Assembly: GCA_030704615.1 (NCBI GenBank)
Contig: CM060734.1
Location: 56,606,001-56,670,000 of the forward strand
Length of the DNA: 64,000 nucleotides
Reading direction: 5' to 3'
Source of the DNA: Takakia lepidozioides
Taxonomy: Eukaryota > Plantae > Bryophyta
The notes below the pieces were generated by a model. It made no database searches, had not been told where the DNA came from, and worked only from the letters and a program-made list of their open reading frames with translations. A program made the translations under genes and the position numbers. The first letter of the stretch is position 1; every line of letters begins with the position of its first letter. Shown here piece after piece: positions 14,216 to 26,800 of the stretch.

Positions 14216-14559
14216 TGTGCAGATAGTTGAAAATAAGAACAATTCAAGACGGAACTCATGTTATACTAGGGCTTCGCGTTGCTCCGCACTACTAGCGACG
14301 AATTCTGACTACGTTCAATTTGCACAAAAAGGGTAGGGGTTATCCGCAAGGTGTTACATAAATGCATTGCGTGTTTCATTGTTCTTCGCAAGAAGCAAGA
14401 AGAACGACGGAGTGTTGCCGAAGCTATCACGTCATGTTTGCTTAAAAAGTAATTTTCAGTCGAGAGAGAGAGAAGACTCCGGCCAAATCCGGCGTAACTA
14501 AGAGCCACTTCGCCTCACGGCTACTGCCCCTTCTCGGGGGTGGGCTCTCTATCAGAGGA

Positions 14560-15620
14560 GGGTTAGGTGATTCGAGTTTTTGTTTGTTGGTAATAATGGC
14601 TATGAGGGAGGTGTATCGCTTTGAAGCATTTATGAATGGAGGGGATAGGGAGTTTAAAGTTTGTGTGTAATGCATTATAATATTGGCGTTATGAATGTCC
14701 CCTCGAGTGTCGGCCGGATAACCTACGAAAGACCAGTAACCCAGTCTCGGAGCGCAAGAATAAGTGGCGCATATTTCGACCGTTTGTCTAGAGTTGAGTC
14801 GGCAGGGTAGCGATCATGGTAGTATGTGAACTCAATAAAGTAAATGGTAAGGTTCGGGGTTGGGGCGGTGGGCGGGGGCCGGGGGGGGGGGGTTATACAA
14901 AGCCCATGGATGACCGGGTAAGTGCATTTGCTGAGAAGGTGTGGCCAGGTGTCACTTTCCTGGTAGGTATGAGAACAGAAGGGACAGTGCGGGAAAGAGG
15001 GAAAGAGGCGTGGCGAGAAAATGTGTTTACGCTGATGTCCCATATATTGGGCGTACCAGAATTTAAGGGTCTGTCTAATTTGGGCGTCAACAGCTACTTT
15101 GGAGTGCCTAAAGTAGTTTGAGAGTTTGTTATGGAGCACGGCGGATTGTGTCCATTTCTGTATATGTGTTTTAGTGTGGCTAGCAGATGCCGAGGTTTGC
15201 TTATTGGCTTCTCGAGTGAGGGTTTTCAAAAGATTGCGTATGGGTCGTGGTTCAAGGTTCAAGGGGGGCGGGTATGGGGTATATGAGCCAAAATGGGTGG
15301 GTGTGCGCCATGTGTATGGGGTCATTGGTAGGGTCAATAGGGGGTTCGTCGGCTCCTTCCTGGGCAAGGAGGTCGGCAGCCTCATTTCCCATAATACCTG
15401 TGTGTGCATGGACTTTGATAAAATGAATGGGTTGGTTGATGGAGATAGTCAAGTTGGCGATGGCTATGATGATATTGCGGTCAGTGTGATGAAGGTGAGA
15501 AGATGGACGAGAGAGATGGTTGCGGATGAGAAATAGCGAGGTGAGGCTGTTTGTGAAGATATAATGTAGAGGAAAAAATGAGGTCAGTTGGGAGAGTGCT
15601 TCAAATATTGTCATTAGTTC
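14560..15620 (-). mobile_element. 3' fragment of a non-LTR retrotransposon with RNase H, CCHC and restriction-like endonuclease (Dualen/RandI-like)
   Basis: Frameshifted ORFs: IHFIKVHAHTGIMGNEAADLLA (RNase H C-terminus), CPFC..DTWPHLLSKC (zinc knuckle), IYFIEFTYYHDRYP and ADTRGDIH (RLE-like). Confidence 0.7.
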
Positions 15621-16124
15621 TCCGTGGAGTATGGTAGCAGGGCCAGAGAGTCTATCAGCGATGCCCTGGTTGGTCTCCTACCAGTATGTAGTCACGGGGA
15701 GGGGGCGGTCACTTTATGTATTTCTTACATATCACGTGCGTACAAAGATATATTTATACCAGTCTATATTTTTAAGATTTTGCATTATTTTCCACCCTAT
15801 CTTTAGGTAATATTGTAAAACCCTTTGTTTCTTTATTTTATTTTATTATTTTATTTTGCAACAATTAAACTATAGATAAAACCCTTTATTAAATTAATTT
15901 TTAAAGTAAAACTCTGGATTTGGTTGTGACAAAAAAAAAATTTAACTGGGTGAAATGATATTGCCCTACCCTATATTTTTTAAGTAAATTTTTTCTAAAA
16001 TTTACCTAAAAATAAATAAACTACACCCTATATTAGTTCTCACGTGGTTTTGAAAATACGGGGAGTGACCCTCCCAAGTATGTAGTATTCTCAGGAAATT
16101 TTACTTCTCTTTGACTTGAGTTAG

Positions 16125-16195
16125 TAGCAAGATTTGACCCCAGACACATCTGGGTGGCACTCAGTGCACTTAACCAACTGAGCTACTGACTGCTA
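16125..16195 (-). mobile_element. Second tRNA-derived SINE head
   Basis: Minus strand AGTAGCTCAGTTGGTTAAGTGCAC...GGGGTCAAATC resembles the element at 14145-14215. Confidence 0.5.
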
Positions 16196-16669
16196 GCTGA
16201 CATTTAAATGTTGTTTCCAATCTACATCTCCTACTACCCTCTGAAAAGATTACAATGTATTTAATTGAACGTTATATCTTTTTTAGCCACCTCTGCAGAG
16301 CCTGCTTGAAAACAACCACTTCTATCAAATTTCTTCATGAAAATCACAGTTCACAACTGCCCATTTCACTGCTACCCAGAAAAATAGAAATAAAAGTAAA
16401 AATAAAACTCATTGGGGACATTTCCTTGGGATAGCTCCTTTGTGGGTTGGAAAGGAACAAGGACCCTCCAGTGCAGCCCTACCCAAAAGTACATACTTCT
16501 CAGATATAATAGTGTGATGTGTCTTTTGAAGAGTAAACACTGAGCAAAAGGTTTGAAGACAGACAAGAGCATGAGTCAGAACTCAAAACATACAAACCAT
16601 TGATTATTTCCAAGAGTCTTGAGCTGCCACATACCAGGCCTCCGCACAAACTATGCAGTGCAAATATGG

Positions 16670-17167
16670 CTATGTAGAGTGCTCCTCCATGAGAAGAAAA
16701 ACGCATTCTATCAATTCAAGGTAGGATTCTGAGATTAAATTTCTCGAGTGTGGAGAAGAGACAAAACCGGAGCTGCTCTGCTGAAGTGATCTTCGACCAG
16801 GTTCTAGTGCTAAGGAACCGTGCAGGCTCGCCTCAAGATCAGACATGTGCGGCCGTGGGCGGGGTGGTATCGTAACCACATTCTCTGAGCTTTTGGTCGT
16901 CGTCGTTGTAGAGAGTTCGTGTTCCGATCCCCCACCGTAGATGGGAATTATACTCTCGGGGCTTCCAATATGTTTCCTGCAGACTGGGCACATGTTGTGC
17001 TGCTGAGACTGATCTGATGATAAACCGGTATGACTGTGGAGCCACTTATGGATACAGGGCCAGCAAAAAACATGGCCACACTTGGTAACTATAGGCTCGT
17101 TTGGAGCGTCGAGACAGATGTTGCAGTCCAACAAACCGGCACTGGCCTTGCTCGGATTGCTGCTCAT
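16670..17167 (-). CDS. C3HC4 RING E3 ubiquitin ligase, RMA/RNF5/RNF185-like, apparently single exon
   Basis: LDCNICLD..EPIVTKCGHVFCWPCIHKW..CPVCR..IIPIYGGG..IPPRP, the RMA/RNF5 signature. ATG at 17167; C-terminus uncertain. Confidence 0.85.
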   Translation of the reverse strand: MSSNPSKASAGLLDCNICLDAPNEPIVTKCGHVFCWPCIHKWLHSHTGLSSDQSQQHNMCPVCRKHIGSPESIIPIYGGGSEHELSTTTTTKSSENVVTIPPRPRPHMSDLEASLHGSLALEPGRRSLQQSSSGFVSSPHSRNLISESYLELIECVFLLMEEHST

Positions 17168-17862
17168 GGCTGAGGCCTGCAAGGAATTTCTCGGCAATCT
17201 TGTAATCGATGTCACTATGCAAAACAGCAACTCTAAACCCTAAACCCCTCGCAAGGCTGCTGTCCAGAGCAAAGAAAGCAGGGATTGTTTTCAGGCAGAG
17301 AGGTGAGCATCTGCTTCATATAAGGACTGTCATGGGTTCCGAGCAATTCTTTTTCTTTTTCTTTTTCTTTTTATGGAAACACAAAAAGCTGTTTGCTGTG
17401 CAAAAGAAATGCTTTATTAGAAAGAGGGGGAAAAAGTAAAACCTGATGTACAACCTGGTTGTGCATACTATGCATTGGACTTCGATTATTTACAGCTGCT
17501 GCTCAGTGTTACATCTCTTCCGGGCTGTTAAGCCCTTCGTGATTGTCCACTTGATCTCCAATTCAACTTGATATCGTTTCAGCCGACTGCACAAATGTTG
17601 ATATATTTGTGATTGAAGTTTGCGACGCCCTTTGAAGTACTGTGAACATTGGCCTCCTGTATCCGCACTCCAAGAGGCCAATGTCCAGGAGGAGAAGATG
17701 GAGGGAAAGCTGTTCAAAAATGGAGAGAGCACATGCCCTGTAAGTTTGTGAGTGGAAAGTGTAAAAGGTTGATCAATCAGGCCAGAAGGTGGTTATTTTT
17801 CCACTGGTCAGTCAGATGTTCCTGGCAATGCTGCTTACTATACTAGTTAGGTACAGTAACAC

Positions 17863-20800
17863 TCAAAAGTCTCTAAAACTCATTCGTGGATCCTCTCCTC
17901 TTCCCCGACCCCGGCCCCTTCCCCTCCCTCGGCCACGCCCCCTTCCCCCCCTCCCTCTGCCTGACCTCTTGAAGAAAGCTTTCCCATGCTTCACCTCCAC
18001 CAGAGAGAAAAAAAGATTGTCGCACAACACGCAGGCCTTGTGGAATGTGGCCCCACCGGCTAGCGGGGTCGCATTCTTGTTGAAGTCTACCTGGAAGCAG
18101 TTGTTCAAAGAAAAAATATCAGTGTTCTATGGGTATATTGAATACTCCACATCATGCCCCAGTGATCCAGGATGAATTTCTAAATGCAAAACCCAGTAGC
18201 TTGAACTCTAGGAGTAGTAGGTTCACTCCGGAGGATAGCCAAACTTGAGGTCTTACCTCTAGGAGTGCAGACCCACACTCATCACAGTGTTCTTGAGAAA
18301 CCGCAATACGGTGTGCGTTGTGGGGGAGGTAGACAAGACAACTGCACTTGTTACAGTCAAGCCTCCACTTGGGAGCGCTTACAGGGTCCAGCACAAGGGT
18401 ACCATCACACTCAGGACATGCACACACCCCTTGTTGGATCATTGAGTGGCGACAAGTGGGGTGGGGACATAAAGTGCACGGCATGCCCCCGCCCCCCTTG
18501 CCTCCCCCCTTTGCTCCATCCTTCCCGAATCCCATACCACCAAAGAGGATCGCCGCTCCCTCAAACGGGGGATGGTTGTAGCAGTAAGGGCATAATGGGT
18601 ACGACTTCCCATCAGGGCCCGCGAGCGAGAATAGGACAAGTTCAAAGTTGTCGAGTGGACAGGTGAGCTCCTTGTAAAGCTGCCAAGTTAGGTAGACAAG
18701 TTGTTCAGTATGGTTATGCATTAGTGGAGATGGATGATTGACTTAATTTTAGTTACAAAGGAAGTAACTGAATCTGATTGGGGCCGAGTTGGACATGTGC
18801 ATACCCTGCCCTATCCCACAGCATCAGACCTTCTTGAGCCTGTGCACCAAAGCCTAAACACAGAAAAGCAACACACCTCGTGCCATGGGTTTTCTTCATA
18901 AGTAACTTCTGGTTCATGGATGGACCAATGCTGTGTTGTGGCATTTGATCCATGGACACTGAGACAAAATAAACAACATGTCGAGACGGTGGAACTGATA
19001 ATTTTGTCCACCAGTGACCCAACCATTCCGAAGTTTTCCCGAATTTCGTCCAGAAATACTGCTATGGCAAGTCTCCAAGTATGCTCTATATTTGTGCAGT
19101 GCTAGACCAAACATCATGCAATGACAGCCCATCAATATACACTGAACCCTATAGCCTAATTGCCATTGGCTGTGCGCAAAAGCTATGATGGGAGGAAGAC
19201 CCCACTGCACAGGGACAGGACCTTCTGCCACGTCATGATGAGTATCTATGGTGATAAACCTCACAACCGGCTTCTCAAGGTTTAGTATCCTGCAGGTGAG
19301 AGCTACATGGTAGCCGATCATCACCAGGAAAATAATGAGTATATCTATTAAGAAATAGTGTCTGCATCCATGAGTGTGAGGGTGAGATGTCTATGGACTT
19401 CAGCAGCCCGTAAGGATAGAGTACCTTGATGGAGCCATTCTGTGGGAGGGCATGAACCTCTTCACATGAAGAGCAGTAAAGACGTGAGGGCCGCATGGCG
19501 ATGTATTTCATGTAGCGAGCACACTTCCCACACTTGCTTAACGGTTTTCCTGACTCAGCCAATGGGGAGAACTGGGCTTCAAACAAGGCATCCATCCGCT
19601 CTATCTGCCCACATATACAGGAACATTGCTTTCAATGCAACCTGAGGTGCAGAATTCCATCTGACAGTACAATAAAAGAGAAATACTCGTTAACTTCTCA
19701 ACAAATTCTCTCTGCCTTCCTCTCTGTCCCCCTACCCTTGTCCATAGTCCACAGTCTAGGGCAGCAGAGAGTATAGCCTGAGAAGTCTCATCCTCCCTCT
19801 TCCCTTAGATCCTAAAATACCTCCAGAGAGTTGGCAGGTCCCCCACCTACAGCAGAGAGAAATGCAGGAGAGAAGTAGCAGGCTGAGTAGCACAGGTTAC
19901 TGTAGGGGCAAACTAGACTTGCCTGACCAACAAAGTAGGAAAATTTGGCTGAGAACTCTTGCAAGGCATGACGCACTACACGGGCATAGTCCACCTGGCC
20001 CTTGCCAATAAGTGTTATTTGCTGCTCAATGAACCGACGTATGTCAGGCAGACAAAGGTCGACATCAATTGTCTGGTAACCCCGGACCAGCGTGATTCCC
20101 AAGGCTGTCGGCACTACCCGCCTCCCTGATTGTACCTGTGTTTAGAGCAAGGTTTCCTTTAAACATCCCAGTGATATGAAACACAGGTAACAAATGCTCA
20201 TTGAAAGATATAGATTCTGTTAGAACACATCGGAGAAAGAAAAAGGTGGAATGTGGGGAACAACCTGTGCATAATTCCGTTCACAGATGTTGTTGATGTG
20301 GACAGGAATCGAGGCATCAGTACCAATGCCATGCTTTTCCATCAAAGATATAAGTTCGCTCTCAGTCAGATAGTCTGGGGCTGATGTGCGTCCCTGCCAT
20401 GGAATACCCTCAATATCTGACTCAATCCAAGCATGACCTGAAAGGTCCTCGAAAGGAAGGTGATCCCTGCTAAACATCACCTGGATTATGGTACTTGTCT
20501 TTCAGAACTTTGGGAGCTCCAGACATGTCTCTTTGAGAAATCATCTTTGCCATCCAATGACATCTCGGAACTGATTAACTTCCTCTTTCAAGCCTAATTG
20601 TCCTTAGTGTCCAAAAGTGAAGATGAATTACCCACCTGGTAAAGCTCCACCTCTCTCAGGGGAATTGCATCGCCCACAGTAAAGGCTGGCAAGCTCTCAT
20701 CTCCAACTGCAAGCCATGGCATCACTGCAGTGAAACCAGGAGACGTGACTGCTCGGCCAGTAGCATAAAACTTTTCTCCTCCTGCTACAAAGGTGACCTT

Positions 20801-23800
20801 TGTCCTGTGCCCACATGTATGCAGTAAACAGTGAGAAGCATATTTGAGACAGATTCCCTCATTTGGTGGATTGTTTCCACAAATAGGTCAGGATTAGGTT
20901 TTGAATCTATTTTTTGATTCTCTGCAGAACTTGCTGTTCACAATTATAAAATTACATTTTCGAAAAGAATATTGAAGGAATATCCTTGATTCATACCCAC
21001 ATAAGTGAATTCTTTGAATGCTATTAATACATTCCATTTTTTAGGGAGTGCGTTAAGATTTTGTTCGATTATACATTCTATGTATTGTCCGGTTAGTGTC
21101 TAGGTAGCGGTGCTAACTCCGGTGGGTTTGCTCGCTGTTCACTGCTCACAGTCTAGCATTCCCTGGCTGTAAGCACTCTTACAAGTTCATCTAACATCAC
21201 GAGTATGATCACCACCTTCCAAACAAAGAGGAGACCCCATAATCTGTGCACTGATTCTAACATGTAACAGCAATAGCACTTTCAGATCTCACCTTTTGTA
21301 CTTGCAATCAGGGCTCACGCTACCAAGGAAATGGCGGGTTACATACTCAAACAGTCTCCATGTGTCACCACCTCCCAGCTCTGCTTCTGTGGCTGACTGC
21401 ATTGGGGTGATAGGAGGGTGGTCCCCCACATCAACTCCAGACTTTGGAGGGTGAGGACCCATGGACATTAATGAAGCAGCATAGTCACCCCATATTGGAT
21501 GGTTGCGATGCAAGGATAGAGCTCCCCACAGGTCAAAGCTGCCTGGGTATGCAGTGCTCTCGGTCCGCGGATAACTGCACATGTCTTTAGATCTCAGGAA
21601 AAGAGGAGGAAAATAACTACGTCCACAAGAGGCTATGAGACACAGTAGGACTAGAGAAAACAAAAAGAACTTGCTCAGGTAGATTAGTTGCTAAGCACTT
21701 TGGACCTCATAACTGAAGGCTCTGCCACCAATAAGAAAGGTAAGAAGATAAGTATGTCCACAGGAAGCCCAAAGGGATTCATGGAGAAAGAAAGAGAATG
21801 TACTCCTGAGACTTTGTTTGCCGTAGCCTTGTGGCCACAGACCCCGCACCCAGTTCGGATGGAAACTTAAGAAATAGGCACTACCTTTGTGAGGGGCTCA
21901 CTCCAGTAGTGTGACTTATCTTGATATAAACCAGGCTTTCCAGATATTTTCTACAAAGCCCTTGACACAAGCATAAATCTGCTGTGTGTGAGCAGCCCAA
22001 ATATTACACCCCAACAGGACCAGGGCTTTAGGCTCAGCCTCGAGATTTTGAAAGTTGGTGAACAGAGGTGCAGGAACCACGTTCTTGATGTTCCTGAAGA
22101 GGGTCACTCTCTGGTGAGAACACTGGACAATGTATCAGAAAATGGCTCCCTGCCCTGAGTTTATATATCAGTCTCGTGCCGAGGGTAGGTAGGCCCTTCA
22201 GATCATCCTTAACCATGTCACAGAATGTACTCTCATAAGATGTTGTTTGCCGTAGCCTTGTGGCCATTGACCCGGCCCCCAGTTTGAGTGGAACACAAAG
22301 GGACAGAAACTACCTTTGTCAGGGGCTGACGCCGGTAGTATCACTTACTGTGGAACAGACAATTGCCCCAAGTTTTCCAGATATCCTCCAGAAATCCCTT
22401 TAACACAAGCATCAATCTGCTGTGTGTGATTTGCCCAATAAATAGGCCCCAAAACGGCCTGGGATTTTGGCTCAGCCTCAAGATTTCAAAGTTGGTAAAC
22501 AGAGGTACAGGAACAAATCCCTTGATGGATTTGAAGTGGACGTCTCTCTGGTGAGAGTACCCAGGACAATGAATCAGAAAGTGAATATTGTCTTCAGATT
22601 GCCTACACAACGGGCATTTGCAATCCCCATTTCCTCCCTAACCATGTCACAGAGATTGTACTCATAAGACATTGTTTGCCGTAGCCTTGTGTTTGCCATA
22701 ACCATGTCACAGAGAGAGAGAGAGAGAGAGAGTCAGGGAGAAAGCAAGAAAGGAGCTTTGGAAGGACATAATGTAAGCAAATTTTGTAGATGGAGACAAC
22801 AGTGCACCAGAAGGAGCCGATAGCTGCCACTAACATCTTAAACATTGCAGACCTCAAAGGTCAGGGCAGTATACAGTCCAAGAACAAACTGAAAGTTGTC
22901 GGCAGAGTTTGATAACTGCAAAGACAATGATACAGTAGTGTTTCAGGCTAGCATATACCTTATGTAGCCTTGAATGTAAAGACGCTCTGCAATTTGCATA
23001 GCGTGATGGGGCCCCACACCTAGTGCGCTTGATGCCACCTGCATCCACAATCCAAACTTAAGAACCATGTCTGGCCTCTCTCACTCTCTGTTTTTGGCGA
23101 AGGAAAGGTGGCTGATCTCAGATCCTACTAAAACCCTTGTGACTTTGAGCCCTAAGTGGATGACACAGCCAATGTTCACTGGGAAGGTCATCAGTCGAAT
23201 TCTCTAAATGTCAATTGCATATAACCAGATTCATTGTTCACTTTTCCTCCATACTTTGAATGTGATATGTACATACTGTTCTCCTGTCTTTTCTACTTTC
23301 CTTGTAGAACAATCAAGAACTCAGGTCTAACCCACAAATACTTGAGTAGAAACAACCTTAGAAAACTAACCGTCCACTCTACTCCACTCCACTCCACTCC
23401 ACTCCACTTTCATTGTAAATCTATGAAACCTTAAGCATGTCAACAGTGTTGAGACCGCTTGGGCGGCCCTTGCGCTCCTCCTTTATATGCACATCAGTAA
23501 CCTGCACCGACTTTGCATCTGCTACCATCTTTTGAAACATGGCTGCCACCTGTTACACCCCCAAAACCCTCATGGTCAACAGAAGCCTCTCTTACTTGGC
23601 GAGGATATTTTCAAACATATTATAACCTCTCCACCAACGCTATTGAGCTCAAAACCACTCCTCAGAACTGTAGGGTGTCTGGCACCAGCTAAGTGAAGGT
23701 CAATCTTAAAAGAGACACCATTGGGTGTCAAATAAGGCCTAAAAACAAACAAAACAAGGAGGAACTGTATCTAGCGGGTCTACAGCAACACCTGTTGCTA

Positions 23801-26800
23801 TGGAAGCGCAACAAAGTCTGTGAGCACTGCAGACAAGATACAATTAAGAACATTTGCAAATTGATTTCATAGGAAGGAGCTTGCCTCACGATCAAAAAGA
23901 CGGGTGCGCTCCCATTCCAACAGCAGCTCATGCCCACCCTTACTAATGTGTGGTCGCACAATCCAGAAAGGCTCTGGAATAAATGTGGTGATCCGAAGAT
24001 GGCGCTCCACACAGAATCCAAGAGTCGGGGTTTGACAAGGCCCATATCTATGGAATGCGGAAAAAGAGAAATCAAGCAAGCATTTGGTCATGTACTTTTT
24101 TCCTTTGACTTTCATGATAGCACATTAACTCTCAATTGTCAAGTCCCATCTCCTGACCTCTGCAAATATCCCATAAAATGTTCAGCAATCTGTGATCGTA
24201 TCAAACCTGAAGAGGCTACGGAAAGAGAGAAAAGGAAACTTTAAAATGTTATGGGGGCCCTGAGGGTACATGGAAAAAGTGGAAGAACAAGAAAACCTCT
24301 GAAGTATCACAACCACAGGAAAGAGAGACAAGACGATAGTGCCTTATTAGAGGGAGAGATTGTACTCATAAGACGTTGTTTGCTGTAGCCTTGTGGCCAT
24401 TGACCCCGCGCCCAGTTTGAGCGGGAACAAAAGGGACAGAACCTACCTCTGTCAGGGGCTGACATTGGTAGTGTGACTTACCATCATATATAGAATTAAT
24501 CCGGGTTTTCCAGATATCCTCTAGAAAATTAGAGAGAGAGAGAGAGAGAGATAGAAACTTAAAATTTGAGAAAAGCAGGCAAGGAGGGCTGGGGGTTGCA
24601 TAACTAAATGACAAATGAACAAAAAGACGTACGAGATAACACTGGAGTCAAGGTTGCCGTATTTGCCTTGGAAGTAACGAGTCTGGAAGCGTGTAAACGC
24701 CACGCCAACTTTCAGATCTATTTCTTGCCGGGCATCTACTGCCAATGCCTCATTCTTGTTGGGCTCCTCCAGGCTGCTCATGGCACTCTGAATATCCTTC
24801 TCACTAATGGCTGAAAACCGTGCTCGGAACACTTGCTGCCCTGCTCCCTTCCTCATCACCGGCACTGCACTCTCCATCACTGCACTTCAATGGAGGGGGG
24901 CATTTCAGACTTGTTGAAGGTAAGTGTTTCCATGGAGCTCTAAGGTTCTACAGTGGTGTTCACTGGTTACAAAGCAACTAGTAGCAAAATATATACTCTT
25001 TGACTAATTTGTAGTTCCAACTTCTTGGGGGTACAGGGTGCTGAAACGAGATCAGCACAGGATGTACACATAAGACTTTGTTTGTCGTGGCCTTGTGGCC
25101 ATAGACTCCACGCCCAGTTTGGGCGGAACAAAAGGGACCAGAAACTACCTTTGTAAGGGGCTCACTCCGGTAGTATGACTTACCTGGATACAAACAATTA
25201 GTTCGGGCTTTCCAGATATCCTCTAGGAAGCCCTTCACACAAGCATCAATCTGCTGTGTGTGAGCAGCCCAAAAGTTAGACTCCGACAGGGCCAGGGCTT
25301 TAGGGGCTCACTCCGGTAGTATGACTTACCTTGATACAAACAATTAGTTCGGGCTTTCCAGATATCCTCTAGGAAGCCCTTCACACAAGCATCAATCTGC
25401 TGTGTGTGAGCAGCCCAAAAGTTAGACTCCGACAGGGCCAGGGCTTTAGGCTCAGCCTCAAGATTTTGGAAGTTGGTGAACAGACGTGCCAAGACATTGT
25501 CCTGAAGAGGGTCACTCTCTGGTGAGAATATCCCGGACACTGTATCAGAAAATGGATATTGTCGTCAGGTTGCCCACACATCGGGCGATTACAATCTCCT
25601 CTTCCTCTCTGCATCTGTTTATTGTTCAAGGGTAGGGTCCCGCCCTCAGTTTAAATTTCAGTCTAGTGCCAAGGGTAGGTAGGCCCTTGAGATCATCCTT
25701 AAGGTCCTTGCCCATGTCACGGACTGGAAACAAGTTCAGGGGAGTTTTATTCCTAACTTCATTTTCATCGGACAGTCTTTGGGCATGAGTTTGGACACAA
25801 CCCCCTCCAGGTCAGCTTCATCCAGTAGGGTCAATTCATCAGGACTGATATTCAGATACTTGAAAATCTCATCCACCTTTTTCCGCCAAGACTTGGCCTG
25901 TTTAACAGGACTGTCTTGCTTCCAAGAAGTAGATTCGATTATCTTAGGGTATCTGGTATTAGCCGTGCGATTCAACTGACCCCACCATGAATTCATCATG
26001 TCGAGAGCTTAAGGGAGGTATGCCAGACACACCCCGAACAGCCACATTAGCTGTTCTAGAACAAGCCGACATGCTTTCTTTGAGCACTGCGGCCTGAATG
26101 GATTCTAGGGATTTAGCATAGTCGGAGTTGTAAACCCACACAACCGCTGCGTGCTCCTTATAACATTACAGGGATCAGCACAGGGTGAGTGTAATGCAAA
26201 GATTCAGCCAAGAATTCAGACCCAAGGAGAGGCCCAGTCTCAAGCCTGTCAAAGATTAGCGAATGTACTCATAAGACGTTGCTTGCCTACGCCTTGTGGC
26301 CATAGACTCCACGCCCAAACAAAAGGGAACAGACACTACCTTTGTGAGGGGGTCACTAGAGAGAGAGGAAAAGAGGAGTGAAGAACTGCACCAACGGTGT
26401 ACAATTTTCCTGAAAGTATAACTCAGCTTGAAAACTGTCCAGAGTTAGCTAAAAACCCTACCAAAGTACCTTCAAAGCAAATATTTTCGCCTTCACGATC
26501 ACAGTCCAGCCATAGCACCAAATAGTCACATCCACGTGCTTCTTGTTGCAGATGCTTACACACATGGGCCTGCTTTCATGCCAGTGTTCCATATGTTAAG
26601 AGGAAGCAAGCATTCACTCATTATTTCCCAAACGTCAATTACATTGGGAAGCCAAGTCTGCTGCTGGCATCCAATTCATTAACTCCATCTCATCTAGCCT
26701 TTCTTTAGTGATGATAGAACTGATGACACATGGCTTGAAGCAAATGGTATCCCGTGATTAATCACAGGATTGAATGGTTGTATCTTTTCCAGCCAAGATT

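Noticed and set aside
21084-21155. Possible intronic H/ACA snoRNA
   Set aside because: Opposite strand to the host gene and no convincing two-hairpin structure.
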